Origin: Promethearchaeota archaeon
Lineage (GTDB): Archaea; Asgardarchaeota; Lokiarchaeia; Sigyniarchaeales; SOKP01
Direction of reading: 5' to 3'
NCBI GenBank assembly: GCA_048939995.1
Contig: JBHLOY010000008.1
Span: 106,835-170,834 of the forward strand
DNA length: 64,000 nucleotides
Part shown: in pieces, positions 36,848-46,743 of the stretch
Numbering within the stretch: position 1 is the first letter of the stretch
How the letters are laid out: every line of letters starts with the position of its first letter
Notes under the pieces: model-generated
What the model saw: only the letters and a program-made list of their open reading frames with translations
Database searches by the model: none
Told to the model about the DNA's origin: nothing
Program-made: the position numbers and the translations under genes

Positions 36848-37644
36848 AATTCTTCACTCCAATAATCTACAATTTCTTCAAATTTTTTTGGACTTTCACC
36901 ACAAGATTTACAATTTTCATTTCGCTGAACTTCAATAAAGCTAAAATTATTTCTAAGAATATCAATAAACAGAATCTTATTTGTTATCAAATCTCCAATG
37001 TTTAATAGGGCTTTTATTGCTTCATTAGCTTCTATGCAACCAAAAATTCCGGGTGCTAATCCAATAACACCAGCTACAGAGCAGGTCATATTTGGGTCCA
37101 TCCCATCAACATTATCAAAAATACATTTATAACATGTAGTTTTCTTTTCAGGTACAACTGTCATTATTTGACCATGAAATCTTAAAACTCCTGCTATTGT
37201 GAAAGGAATTTTTAAATGTACACAGGTATCATTAATTAACATCTTTGTTGGGAAATTATCTGAACCTTCTATAACAAAATCAGAATCCTTTAAAATTTTT
37301 CTTGAGTTTTTAGGGGTAATTCGCTCAGTAATAGTTTCTATTTTGCAATCTGGATTAATAGAATTTAACTTTTTAATAGCACTCTCTGTTTTATACTTAT
37401 TTATATCTTCAGTATAATAAAGTATTTGGCGATGCAAATTAGAAATTTCCACAACATCATAATCAATTAATTGTAAATTTCCTACTCCTGCAGCCGTTAA
37501 GTAGTAAGCTGCTGAGGATCCTAAAGCACCTAAACCAATTAATGACACTTTAGAATTTAATAACTTTTTTTGTCCGATACTCCCTATTTCACTTAAAATT
37601 ATTTGACGAGAATATCTTTCAATTTGATCTTTAGTTAATTCCAT
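36838..37644 (-). CDS. ThiF/MoeB/UbaA E1-like adenylyltransferase
   Basis: RYSRQI, GLGALG, SNLHRQ, Zn sites CYKC and CKSC, TCSVAGV. Confidence 0.92.
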   Translation of the reverse strand: MELTKDQIERYSRQIILSEIGSIGQKKLLNSKVSLIGLGALGSSAAYYLTAAGVGNLQLIDYDVVEISNLHRQILYYTEDINKYKTESAIKKLNSINPDCKIETITERITPKNSRKILKDSDFVIEGSDNFPTKMLINDTCVHLKIPFTIAGVLRFHGQIMTVVPEKKTTCYKCIFDNVDGMDPNMTCSVAGVIGLAPGIFGCIEANEAIKALLNIGDLITNKILFIDILRNNFSFIEVQRNENCKSCGESPKKFEEIVDYWSEEFCR

Positions 37645-37821
37645 CTTTAAATCTATTTCAATATTATAATTTAAAAAATATTTTGATTATAAAAAAAAAC
37701 ATATATTATCTTGAAGAAGAAAGCTCATTTCAAAAACTATAAAATTTTCTAACTTTTAATTAATTAAACGAAAAAAGATTAACGCATCGAAGATATTAGT
37801 ATATTTTCTTAAAGGAAAAAA

Positions 37822-39045
37822 ATGAAAAGGAGTAAATATTTTGAACTTTTTGGGGATAAAAACTTTCTATTCCTTTGGATTGGAACGCTTGGGTTCGGTT
37901 TAGGCGGTGCTATATTTTCAATCAGCCTTAACTGGTGGGTTTTGATTGAGACTAATTCAGAAGTACAGCTTGGCATTGTAAATACCTTAATTTTCTTGCC
38001 AATGTTAATACTTTGTTTCTTTTCAGGATTATTGACGGATATGTTCAATCGTTTAAACTTAATGGTATTTTCGTTGATGCTCAGGGGAATTATCATACTA
38101 ATCTTTCCAATACTCCAAATCCTTCGCATTATTGAACTATGGCATATTTATATTCTTTCATTTCTTCAAGGCATATCATTCCCCTTTTTTCTTAATTCAA
38201 TAAATGCGATTATGCCAGAAATAATTAAGAGAGAGAATCTTTATCCGGCAAATGCTTTAATAGATTCAGCTATGTGGTTCTCAAATGTAGTAGGATACTT
38301 ATCAGGAGGATTTTTAATTAATACGTTAGGATATATAAGTCTATTTACAATTTCAGCATACACCTTAATTATCGGAAGTTTGATGTTTTTCCCAATAAAA
38401 TATACATATAGAAACAAGATAGAAAACATTTCTCTTCGAAGAATTCTCTCAGACATTAAAAAGGGTTTAGTAATAATGAAAAACGATTCAGTTTTGCTTA
38501 TGTTAACAATAACCTGGACAATAATTATGATGTTGTTCTCTAATGGTCCAATATCAATAGGATTGCCAGTTTTTTCTGAAAGGATTTTGAATGCCGGTTC
38601 TGAAGGGTATGGTATATTGGTTACAGCAGTTTCAGCCAGTTCATTGATAGGAAGTCTTATGATTGGACATTGGGGTTCTAAAATTAAGAAGGGAAGGCTT
38701 ACTCTTATTGGGTATATTTGGGGTGCCATAGGGATTCTAATTTTTACCTTTACTACAAACATTGTTTTTTCGGCTTCAATTTTGTTTTTTTGGAGTTTTT
38801 ATTTTCCTTTAATCAATATCCCATATTGGACTGCGATGCAAGAAAGAATACCACATGAAGAATTAGGAAAAATCACTGGTGTCTCCTTCACTTTAAATTC
38901 TGTTGTTGTTCCAATATCAACCATGATGACTGGATATGTTATGGAATTTATTTCAATCACCCTACCATTTATTCTCTTTTCTACTTCATTTATCCTATGT
39001 TTCTTCATAATATATCTTCATAAAAAAAGTAGAAAACTTGTTTGA
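37822..39045 (+). CDS. MFS transporter (DHA3/EntS-like)
   Basis: GLLTDMFNR motif A; about 12 TM segments. Confidence 0.88.
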   Translation: MKRSKYFELFGDKNFLFLWIGTLGFGLGGAIFSISLNWWVLIETNSEVQLGIVNTLIFLPMLILCFFSGLLTDMFNRLNLMVFSLMLRGIIILIFPILQILRIIELWHIYILSFLQGISFPFFLNSINAIMPEIIKRENLYPANALIDSAMWFSNVVGYLSGGFLINTLGYISLFTISAYTLIIGSLMFFPIKYTYRNKIENISLRRILSDIKKGLVIMKNDSVLLMLTITWTIIMMLFSNGPISIGLPVFSERILNAGSEGYGILVTAVSASSLIGSLMIGHWGSKIKKGRLTLIGYIWGAIGILIFTFTTNIVFSASILFFWSFYFPLINIPYWTAMQERIPHEELGKITGVSFTLNSVVVPISTMMTGYVMEFISITLPFILFSTSFILCFFIIYLHKKSRKLV

Positions 39046-39124
39046 TTCACAAATTTTATTTAATAAAGTGTTATTTTAATAAAATCTGTTTCTTTAATTT
39101 ATTTAGAGCAAAAGATAGTGATCA

Positions 39125-40039
39125 TTGATGAGTAAAACTAACTTTTCTGAACATTTATTTCAATATCGTTTAATAGAAAAGAGAAAGTTGGTATTATCCT
39201 TACTTATTACATCAACAGTTATGATTTTAGAAATTTTTGGAGGTATCATTACAAATAGTATTGCATTATTAAGTGATGCGGGTCATATGTTTACCCATTC
39301 CTTTGCAATTGGTATAAGTTTATTAGCTATCATCATAGCAAGAAAACCTCCTTGTCACCATAAAACATTTGGGCTCTATCGAGCAGAAGTGTTAGCTGCA
39401 TTCATTAATGGTCTTTTTCTTATTCCTATAGTAGGGATCATGGTTTATGAAGCAATTCTTAGATTTATAAACCCCCAAGAAGTATTTGGATTTTATATGT
39501 TAATAATAGCTTTAATAGGTTTATCAGTTAATATTACAAGTGTTCTCATATTACGTGGTAGCCAAAGGAATAATCTGAATGTAAAAAGTGTATTTTATCA
39601 TATGATTGCTGATGCAGCATCCTCTATAGGAATAGTAATTGCATCAATTATCATATCCTATACCGGATTCAACTTTTTGGATCCGCTAGTAAGCTTGGGG
39701 ATCTCTGTTATAATTTTATATTGGGCTTGGAGTGTTTTACGGGAATCAACAAGAATTTTATTAGAAATGGCTCCAAAAGGAATGAATATTGATATTATTA
39801 GAGAAGAACTTAAGGAAAATTTTCAAGAGGTTATTGATCTTTATAATGCTCATTTATGGACTATTACTCCAGATATGTTAGTTTTTTCCGCATATCTAAA
39901 AGTAGATGATAATATATTAAATAGTAATCAAGGAGATTTAGTTTCTAAGATTAACAATTATTTAAATGAAAAGTACAATATTATTGAATCGACTTTACAA
40001 CTAATATCTGTTAATAATCCCGAATATTGTAACATTTAG
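39125..40039 (+). CDS. czcD: CDF family Zn/Co/Cd efflux transporter
   Basis: SIALLSDAGHM, TFGLYRAE, HMIADAASS, HLW. Confidence 0.9.
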   Translation: MMSKTNFSEHLFQYRLIEKRKLVLSLLITSTVMILEIFGGIITNSIALLSDAGHMFTHSFAIGISLLAIIIARKPPCHHKTFGLYRAEVLAAFINGLFLIPIVGIMVYEAILRFINPQEVFGFYMLIIALIGLSVNITSVLILRGSQRNNLNVKSVFYHMIADAASSIGIVIASIIISYTGFNFLDPLVSLGISVIILYWAWSVLRESTRILLEMAPKGMNIDIIREELKENFQEVIDLYNAHLWTITPDMLVFSAYLKVDDNILNSNQGDLVSKINNYLNEKYNIIESTLQLISVNNPEYCNI

Positions 40040-40701
40040 AAAGATGTAATAATAGTTATAACTCCAACTAAAATAAAAATTAATACTGAGATCAATTTTA
40101 AATAAAATTTTGGTACCTTTTTAGCGATTGTCCCACCAATCAATATTCCTATCCAAGCTACTGTTATTAAAGCAAGAAATGAACCGATCCATACCTCTAC
40201 AAGAGGGTTTGTGGAAGCAAACGAAATTGTGGCAATTTGGGTTTTATCTCCTAACTCCATTAGAGAAATGAACCCAAACCCCGCTAAATAAGGATTTTTC
40301 CTTAATTTAGCAAGTTTTGAGTTTCCTTTACCTTCTAAATTCTCTTTTCTTTCGTTGCTTTCACTTTCAATAATTTCATGGTTCTTTTGCTTCCTATTTA
40401 AATAAAGCGATTTGAGTGAACGAGTCTCCAGAAGTCCAATTATTATAAATACAATCCCTGATACTATAGATATGATAATGTAAGGTAATAATTCTGCAAT
40501 AATCGCTCCAAAAAACACTCCAACAGTAACTATTAATGCAAATCCAAAAGTGACTCCTATACCAACTTTATAGAATTTCTCATATTCTAAAGCAAGGTTA
40601 AAGACAATCAATTGAGTTTTGTCCCCTAGTTCACTAAGGAATAGAAATCCATATGTTATTAGAATTACCACAAAATCCATGATTATATAAATTAATTCCA
40701 T
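40036..40701 (-). CDS. TMEM165/GDT1 (UPF0016) Ca/Mn transporter
   Basis: Two ELGDKTQ motifs. Confidence 0.92.
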   Translation of the reverse strand: MELIYIIMDFVVILITYGFLFLSELGDKTQLIVFNLALEYEKFYKVGIGVTFGFALIVTVGVFFGAIIAELLPYIIISIVSGIVFIIIGLLETRSLKSLYLNRKQKNHEIIESESNERKENLEGKGNSKLAKLRKNPYLAGFGFISLMELGDKTQIATISFASTNPLVEVWIGSFLALITVAWIGILIGGTIAKKVPKFYLKLISVLIFILVGVITIITSF

Positions 40702-40864
40702 TTGATATATCTTTTTAAATTCGATTCATTTGAATTTTAGCTCAATTAATCCATATATTGATTTATATTAACCATATTAGGATTCTGGTGCTTTTTATAA
40801 TCAAATTAATGTTTATAGATTATAATTTATATAGGGATTCAAATAAATTGAACTTCTAAAAAAT

Positions 40865-40892
40865 GAAAAAACCTTATATTAGATAAGCCTAA
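40865..40892 (+). promoter_or_regulatory. BRE/TATA followed by a DtxR/IdeR-like palindrome upstream of the iron permease
   Basis: GAAAAAACCTTATA then TTAGATAAGCCTAA (TTAG-N6-CTAA, 40879-40892). Confidence 0.5.
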
Positions 40893-40959
40893 AATTTATA
40901 TGATTTCTTTTTAGTATTTACATAGTAAACTTTTAACAATTATTAAGGTGACATGACTT

Positions 40960-41883
40960 ATTTCAATTGTAGATTTACCAATCCCCATATTTCTAGCATT
41001 TAGGGAAGGATTAGAAGCTGTTTTAGTTATAGTGATTATTATTTTATATCTTAAAAACTCAAAACAAACTCAATATTACAAATATGTTTTTCTTGGTGGT
41101 TTTTTAGCCATACTTGCGAGTATTTCATTTGCAATATTATTTAATATGCTTTTTGGAGAATTTACAGGTATTATAGAAGAATTATTCGAAGGAATTACGT
41201 TTATTATTTCAGGGATTTTCATAATAACGTTAATTTTATGGATGAGCAGAGAAGGACCCAAATTAAAGCAATCTCTTGAAATGAAAATTGAGGAATCTAT
41301 TGAGACCAGAAAACTCTTGTCAATCACAGCTCTTACATTTGTAATAATAGTGAGAGAAGGAATTGAGTTGGTACTTCTCCTAACTGGAGCTACCTCAGTA
41401 GGTTCCTTAGGACAAGGTGATGTAATAGTTGGATCATTAATAGGATTATCAACAGCGACTTTTATAGGGCTTTTAACCTTTTATGGTATCAAATCCATCA
41501 ATATTACTAAGTTTTTTAAAATAACAAACATCATTCTGATTTTATTTGCAGCCGGCTTAATAACCTATGGTATTCATGAACTAATAGAAGCTGGTTTTAT
41601 TAATCCAATAATCCCAGAAGTCTGGAATCTCAAATCAATATTACCCGAAAGTTTTCCAGATGGAAATCCTTTAACTCCAGAATTTCTCGAAATTATCGGC
41701 TCTTTAATGAAAACATTATTTGGATACAATGCTAATCCCTCTTTGTTGGAAGTCATTATCTATCCTGCTTTATTAATATCAATAGGCATAAGTTCTTTAC
41801 TTTTATGGAGAAAAAGCAGTAAAAATGTTTTAAGTAAACAAAATCGGGAAAATAAATTGAAATTGAAAGAAATTATAGCCTAA
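40960..41883 (+). CDS. FTR1/EfeU high-affinity iron permease, probable ATT start
   Basis: First REGLE motif lies upstream of the track's GTG 41032; second motif REGIE. In-frame TGA at 40954; ATT 40960 is 8 nt after AGGTGA. Confidence 0.88.
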   Translation: MSIVDLPIPIFLAFREGLEAVLVIVIIILYLKNSKQTQYYKYVFLGGFLAILASISFAILFNMLFGEFTGIIEELFEGITFIISGIFIITLILWMSREGPKLKQSLEMKIEESIETRKLLSITALTFVIIVREGIELVLLLTGATSVGSLGQGDVIVGSLIGLSTATFIGLLTFYGIKSINITKFFKITNIILILFAAGLITYGIHELIEAGFINPIIPEVWNLKSILPESFPDGNPLTPEFLEIIGSLMKTLFGYNANPSLLEVIIYPALLISIGISSLLLWRKSSKNVLSKQNRENKLKLKEIIA

Positions 41884-41943
41884 ATTTCTCTTTTTTTTAA
41901 CTGCTCTAAGAAAAAAAAGAGTTAGAATTAATTTTTTATTCAT

Positions 41944-43770
41944 TTATCGTTTGTTATAATCTTGAAATCCCTCATGAATAAGAAAGAATCCTAAGGTTAA
42001 GAGTAATATAGCTAACCCTGGCCATAGGGTTGCCCATGGAGCTGAGTAGAGGAATGATCTTCCTTGATTAATAGTATAACCCAGTTGTTGATAATTAGCT
42101 GAACTAACGTAAAAATTTAAAAAGCCAAAAGTATTATAAAGTACGATCGCAAATCCCAAGAATAAAGGAATGTATATAATTAGCTTTTTAATGATATCAA
42201 AAATTCTATAATCTGTCTTTACAAATATCCAAGTACATAACGGGATTAAGAAGATGCCAATGGTTAACATTAGAAATAAATAGATTGGACCAAAAATACC
42301 CTCTATTATTGGGATAAGCATTATAATGGGGATCAAGTAAAAGAGGAACATAAAACCCAAAATTGGCCATCTAAGGAACCATTTAATAAATTTCTTTTCA
42401 TAAAATCTCTTGTTTGCAAGAAAACCAAATAGAAGGCCTCCTCCTATACCTATTAAAGTGGTTAAGATTCCAAAGATTAATGATTCTTGGATACCATACA
42501 TTGTAAGTGCTAAAATATCTCGGCCAAATTGTCCCTGTCCTAAGGGATGACCAGGTGATGGAGGATCCCACGCACCTGCATATACACCTAATGCTTCAGC
42601 AAGAGTATATTGTGTAAATAATTGAGGCGCAATTGTTATTATCAAATGAAGTATTACTAAAACCAATCCAACAGGTATACATATCCAAAAAATAGGTGAT
42701 TTCAGTTTTGATTTAAGATATCTCTTGAAATTACTATAACTTTTTTCTTGATTTTGAGTATTCAGAACTTCCTCTTGAGTTATTACTTCCTTCCTTATCC
42801 ACGTGGTTGGCCAAATTTTCTTTTCTACAAATAGATGATATACTCCATAAAGTATGTTAAAAACTAAAGTGACTAAAATTATAATAATAATAACAACGAA
42901 GAGACATCCTTGAATCAAAAAGTAGTCAGAAGAAAATATAGCAATAAAGAATAAACTGCCAAAGCCATTTAAACCAAATATCAGATCAATTAAAAGTGCA
43001 AACCCAAAGATTAAACCAAAAAACAGTGCAATTCTAGAAGTATGATAAATTACAGAGGTGCCTTGTGCCTTATTTACTGAATTTATGCGTACAAATTTAA
43101 TCATCAGAGCTGAGATTGTGACTCCTAATATAAGTCCGGGTAAGATATAATGAAGTGCTGTATCTAGGGCCAAATCCCATCGTCCCACAAGAATAGAGTC
43201 CCATATTCGAAACCCGGTGACGAAAGGAGGATCTGAATAAGCCATATCTTTAAATCCATAAGTAGGTAGAATTCCCGTCTGAAATGCTATAAATTGAAAC
43301 ATTAGTCCAAGGAAGATTATGGGTAAAGCATATCCAAATAAACTAATAATTTGAAATAAGGCTCTCAACCACTTAAATCTGGTTTTAGTTGAATAGATTC
43401 CAATTAGAATACCTATGAGTGCACCTACTATCAAAGGTAAGAGTAAAACTTCGAAAGTTCTCGGAACTCCTTCTAATAGTAAGCTAATAACTGGAGTACC
43501 TGGTGAAATTCCACTAGTAATAAACCACCGCCCTGAAAAGAATCTACCAAGGAAGTATACAAATTGAAAAATCAAAGGTTGATCAAAGTGATACAGAGCT
43601 GCGATAGCTTGATATTCAGCCGGAGTATAAACTGGGGGTAAAAAAACTAATACTGGATCGATTGGAAGTAGGTTCATAAGGAGGAAGATAAAGATGAGCC
43701 CTACAAATAAAACTACTACAGCAATGATAAATGTTTTTATTAGATTTTTGACAACATTTTTCATTGGCAA
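41944..43770 (-). CDS. Fused OppB-OppC (DppB-DppC) ABC permease with deleted EAA loops
   Basis: LPIDPV, DQPL..QF, PRTFE, DY.LIQG; then PPSPGHPLG...GRDIL, APWATLWPG. Confidence 0.8.
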   Translation of the reverse strand: MPMKNVVKNLIKTFIIAVVVLFVGLIFIFLLMNLLPIDPVLVFLPPVYTPAEYQAIAALYHFDQPLIFQFVYFLGRFFSGRWFITSGISPGTPVISLLLEGVPRTFEVLLLPLIVGALIGILIGIYSTKTRFKWLRALFQIISLFGYALPIIFLGLMFQFIAFQTGILPTYGFKDMAYSDPPFVTGFRIWDSILVGRWDLALDTALHYILPGLILGVTISALMIKFVRINSVNKAQGTSVIYHTSRIALFFGLIFGFALLIDLIFGLNGFGSLFFIAIFSSDYFLIQGCLFVVIIIIILVTLVFNILYGVYHLFVEKKIWPTTWIRKEVITQEEVLNTQNQEKSYSNFKRYLKSKLKSPIFWICIPVGLVLVILHLIITIAPQLFTQYTLAEALGVYAGAWDPPSPGHPLGQGQFGRDILALTMYGIQESLIFGILTTLIGIGGGLLFGFLANKRFYEKKFIKWFLRWPILGFMFLFYLIPIIMLIPIIEGIFGPIYLFLMLTIGIFLIPLCTWIFVKTDYRIFDIIKKLIIYIPLFLGFAIVLYNTFGFLNFYVSSANYQQLGYTINQGRSFLYSAPWATLWPGLAILLLTLGFFLIHEGFQDYNKR

Positions 43771-43847
43771 AATAAAGCCCTCATTTATTTTAAATAATAG
43801 GTATTACATAATAATCAAGGTAGAAATTTAAATGTTCTTTTAAAACT

Positions 43848-45026
43848 CTAATCAAGAGATTTGTTAACTAATTCTGTTAAGTCCATCATTTGGATATTAG
43901 AATTAAGAGCTGTTATGGCATCTGATAAATTTCGATAACAAAAAGGACAGATACTAATGATATGCTCCGCTCCAGTTTGTTCTGCTTCCTTAATCCTACT
44001 TTTGGCTATGTTTATTGCTAAATCGGGAAATCCTTTTTTCACACCACCCCCTGCTCCACAACATTTAGCTTGCTCTTTAATTGTTTTCATTTCGGTTAAT
44101 TTACCAATTTTACGTATTAATTCTCGAGGTTCTTCATAAAGAGGATTATTACCACAATTTCTTCCAGTATGACATGGATCATGATAAGTTGAATTAATGT
44201 CTAAATGTTTCATTCGAATTTCACTCTTTTCTATATAATTTTTAATAAATTCTATTGAATGTAAGATCTCAATATTTAAGTCTTTAAGAACCTCCCCATA
44301 ATCAACTTTTAAAGTTCTAAAACAGCCGGCGCAGCTTGTTATGAGGGTTTTTATTCCACTTTTTCTGAATAATTCATAATTTTTACGTGATACTTTGTTA
44401 AACGCTTCCGTATTTCCCGTCCTTAAAACAACACTTCCACAACAAATTTCGTGTTGTCCATAAATTCCATAATCAATATTTAACTTTTTTAAAATTTCTG
44501 CAGTATTTGTTGCCACAGCTTGGATTTCTGGAGTTAAAGCGGTAGTACATCCCACAAAATATAATACTTCTGCCTCTTCAGAATATAAATCCTTAATTCT
44601 AAAGTTTAATTTTTTAGTCCATTCATTTTTTTGCTTATTATCACGTTCATAAGGATTTAGTAACTCGATAATAGCTTTATTCATGGGAATGTGTGCTTCT
44701 AATCCATAACCAGCATCTACTAATTCTGCCCGCAGAGCTTCAAACATTAAAGCATTGTCCATTTCATAAGCACACGCTTCAGCGCAAGCATTACACGTAG
44801 GACATTGGTAAATGACTTCTGCCAGATCTTTACTTAATTCCAATTTCCCCTGCCAGAGTGACCTTATAACTTGCATCTTTCCTCTTCCAAAATAAGGTTC
44901 AAATCCCGAAGTGTGATCTTTAGCTACACAAACCCCCCATTTTTGGGGATCTGCAGTATAATCTGTAGCCTCCCTACAATCCCCACAACTAATGCATTGA
45001 AGGAGAAGAGTTCCAAATCGACTCAA
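43848..45026 (-). CDS. GlcF/HdrD-like Fe-S protein (2x[4Fe-4S] plus two CCG domains)
   Basis: CISCGDC, CPTCNACAEAC, YFVGC, CCG, CAGC, YHDPCH, CCGAGGG, CPFC; true start may be near 45062. Confidence 0.88.
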   Translation of the reverse strand: MSRFGTLLLQCISCGDCREATDYTADPQKWGVCVAKDHTSGFEPYFGRGKMQVIRSLWQGKLELSKDLAEVIYQCPTCNACAEACAYEMDNALMFEALRAELVDAGYGLEAHIPMNKAIIELLNPYERDNKQKNEWTKKLNFRIKDLYSEEAEVLYFVGCTTALTPEIQAVATNTAEILKKLNIDYGIYGQHEICCGSVVLRTGNTEAFNKVSRKNYELFRKSGIKTLITSCAGCFRTLKVDYGEVLKDLNIEILHSIEFIKNYIEKSEIRMKHLDINSTYHDPCHTGRNCGNNPLYEEPRELIRKIGKLTEMKTIKEQAKCCGAGGGVKKGFPDLAINIAKSRIKEAEQTGAEHIISICPFCYRNLSDAITALNSNIQMMDLTELVNKSLD

Positions 45027-45058
45027 ATGTGGGAATTTTTCTTTTGGATTAAATTCTG

Positions 45059-46591
45059 TTATAATTCCTCGCCGTTTATAATATATTTTTTGATATCATC
45101 ATTATAGCTATACATGTGAAATTTATTTGGACTAAGTAAATAATTTGGGTCCACCGTTCTTTTCATATCTTTAAAAAATTGAATGAATTCAGGAGTGTAT
45201 GCATCAGCTTCTACTAAAGATTGAGAAATAGCCTCTCCAAGCCAATAATGAACTCCCCCATACTTCACTTGATTTCTTAATTTCTTATGCCACATATCCA
45301 TAGAAATTTCTCGTTCTTCATCTGTATTATCAGCATTGAAACCCCCCACGATAACACAATGTCCATTAGGCAAAAGAAATATAACTGTAGCAAATAAGGA
45401 TATACTCTGCGAAGGAAATTCACTAGCATGATTCATATCAAATTCATTACTTAGTCGTGCAGCTTCGGGAATTTCTGAGATAGGAATCTTATGGCAAGTT
45501 GTACATGAAATTTTTGGTGGTACAACTGAGATATATTTATTAAAATAATTGTAAACATACTTTAAGTTAAACTTCCAATCCTTTGATAAGGGGACATCTA
45601 AATCCATTTCTTGGTATTCAAAAGGTCTTGTATCTTTTTCCATAATTTCAGAAACTTTCTTTAAATATATTTCTAGGACTTGTTCATCCATAGATTCCAC
45701 CAAAATTGAAAACACTGGTCCTTTTAATCTTGGCCTTCTAGCAGGTTTATTTTCAACCATGGTTGATAGTATCTGTAATAATGCTAAAGGAATAACTAAT
45801 ACATCATGTAATCCATCACGTACTTCTTTTCTCAACTTATATAATAACTCGACAACCTTATTATAATCATTTTTATTAAGCATATAATATCTCTGAGCTT
45901 TATAAGGAGTTTCAGGGAATAAACGTAGGAAAGCTTTGGTTTTAATCCCCATTGTTCCAACGTCCCCCATAAATAGCCCAGTAAAATCAGGAGCAACTCC
46001 ATATCTACAAAAGGGTCTCGCATATTTATTAGTAGCAGCCCCAGTTCGAATAATCGTTCCTTGAGGGTTTGCTAACACAACTTCTACTCCTAGACAAATA
46101 TCTGGAACAACACCATATTTAGTAGAACCAAATCCAGCCGTACTGTTGGAAAGTCCGCCTCCAATTGTTGCAGAAAATCCGCTTCCAGGACCAAGTACTC
46201 CAGTTGTTAAACCTTTTTGGTGCAGCTGAGAAATCAAGCTGCCCCACGTAATTCCACATTCAACTTCACAATAATAATTATCTTCATTAATTTCAATGAT
46301 ATCGTTCATTCGGGTAAGGTCTATGAGAATGCCCCCTTGGGTCACGGATCCACCCACCAAATCAGCACCACCTCCTCTAGGAACCATATGCACTTTATGT
46401 TTATTTGCGATCTTTACAATTTCCGAGATTTCTTCCGAAGTTTTAGGTCTAACTATCATATCTGCCCATCTATCTGGGAACGCGGGATCTACATTGCGTG
46501 AGTATGCTGCCTTCATAAAATCTTTATCAGTAATGAATTCTGTCCCCACAATCGCTTCAATTTCCTTATATAATTTAGATAAAGAAGACAA
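45059..46591 (-). CDS. FAD-binding oxidoreductase (VAO/PCMH, GlcD-like)
   Basis: PRGGG, DLTRMN, ATIGG, KYG, GLFMGDVGTMGI, K..VDP. Confidence 0.88.
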   Translation of the reverse strand: MSSLSKLYKEIEAIVGTEFITDKDFMKAAYSRNVDPAFPDRWADMIVRPKTSEEISEIVKIANKHKVHMVPRGGGADLVGGSVTQGGILIDLTRMNDIIEINEDNYYCEVECGITWGSLISQLHQKGLTTGVLGPGSGFSATIGGGLSNSTAGFGSTKYGVVPDICLGVEVVLANPQGTIIRTGAATNKYARPFCRYGVAPDFTGLFMGDVGTMGIKTKAFLRLFPETPYKAQRYYMLNKNDYNKVVELLYKLRKEVRDGLHDVLVIPLALLQILSTMVENKPARRPRLKGPVFSILVESMDEQVLEIYLKKVSEIMEKDTRPFEYQEMDLDVPLSKDWKFNLKYVYNYFNKYISVVPPKISCTTCHKIPISEIPEAARLSNEFDMNHASEFPSQSISLFATVIFLLPNGHCVIVGGFNADNTDEEREISMDMWHKKLRNQVKYGGVHYWLGEAISQSLVEADAYTPEFIQFFKDMKRTVDPNYLLSPNKFHMYSYNDDIKKYIINGEEL

Positions 46592-46743
46592 AATAATGCA
46601 CTTTTATTGAATCAATAATTATAAAATAGATCCTCTAGATTAATAAAAGTTTATAAGTATTTAGCAAAATAGTTTTTATTAACTTTATTTGAAAATAATT
46701 AGCATATTTTGTTAATTAATTATTTTATCAATAGTGCGATAGT

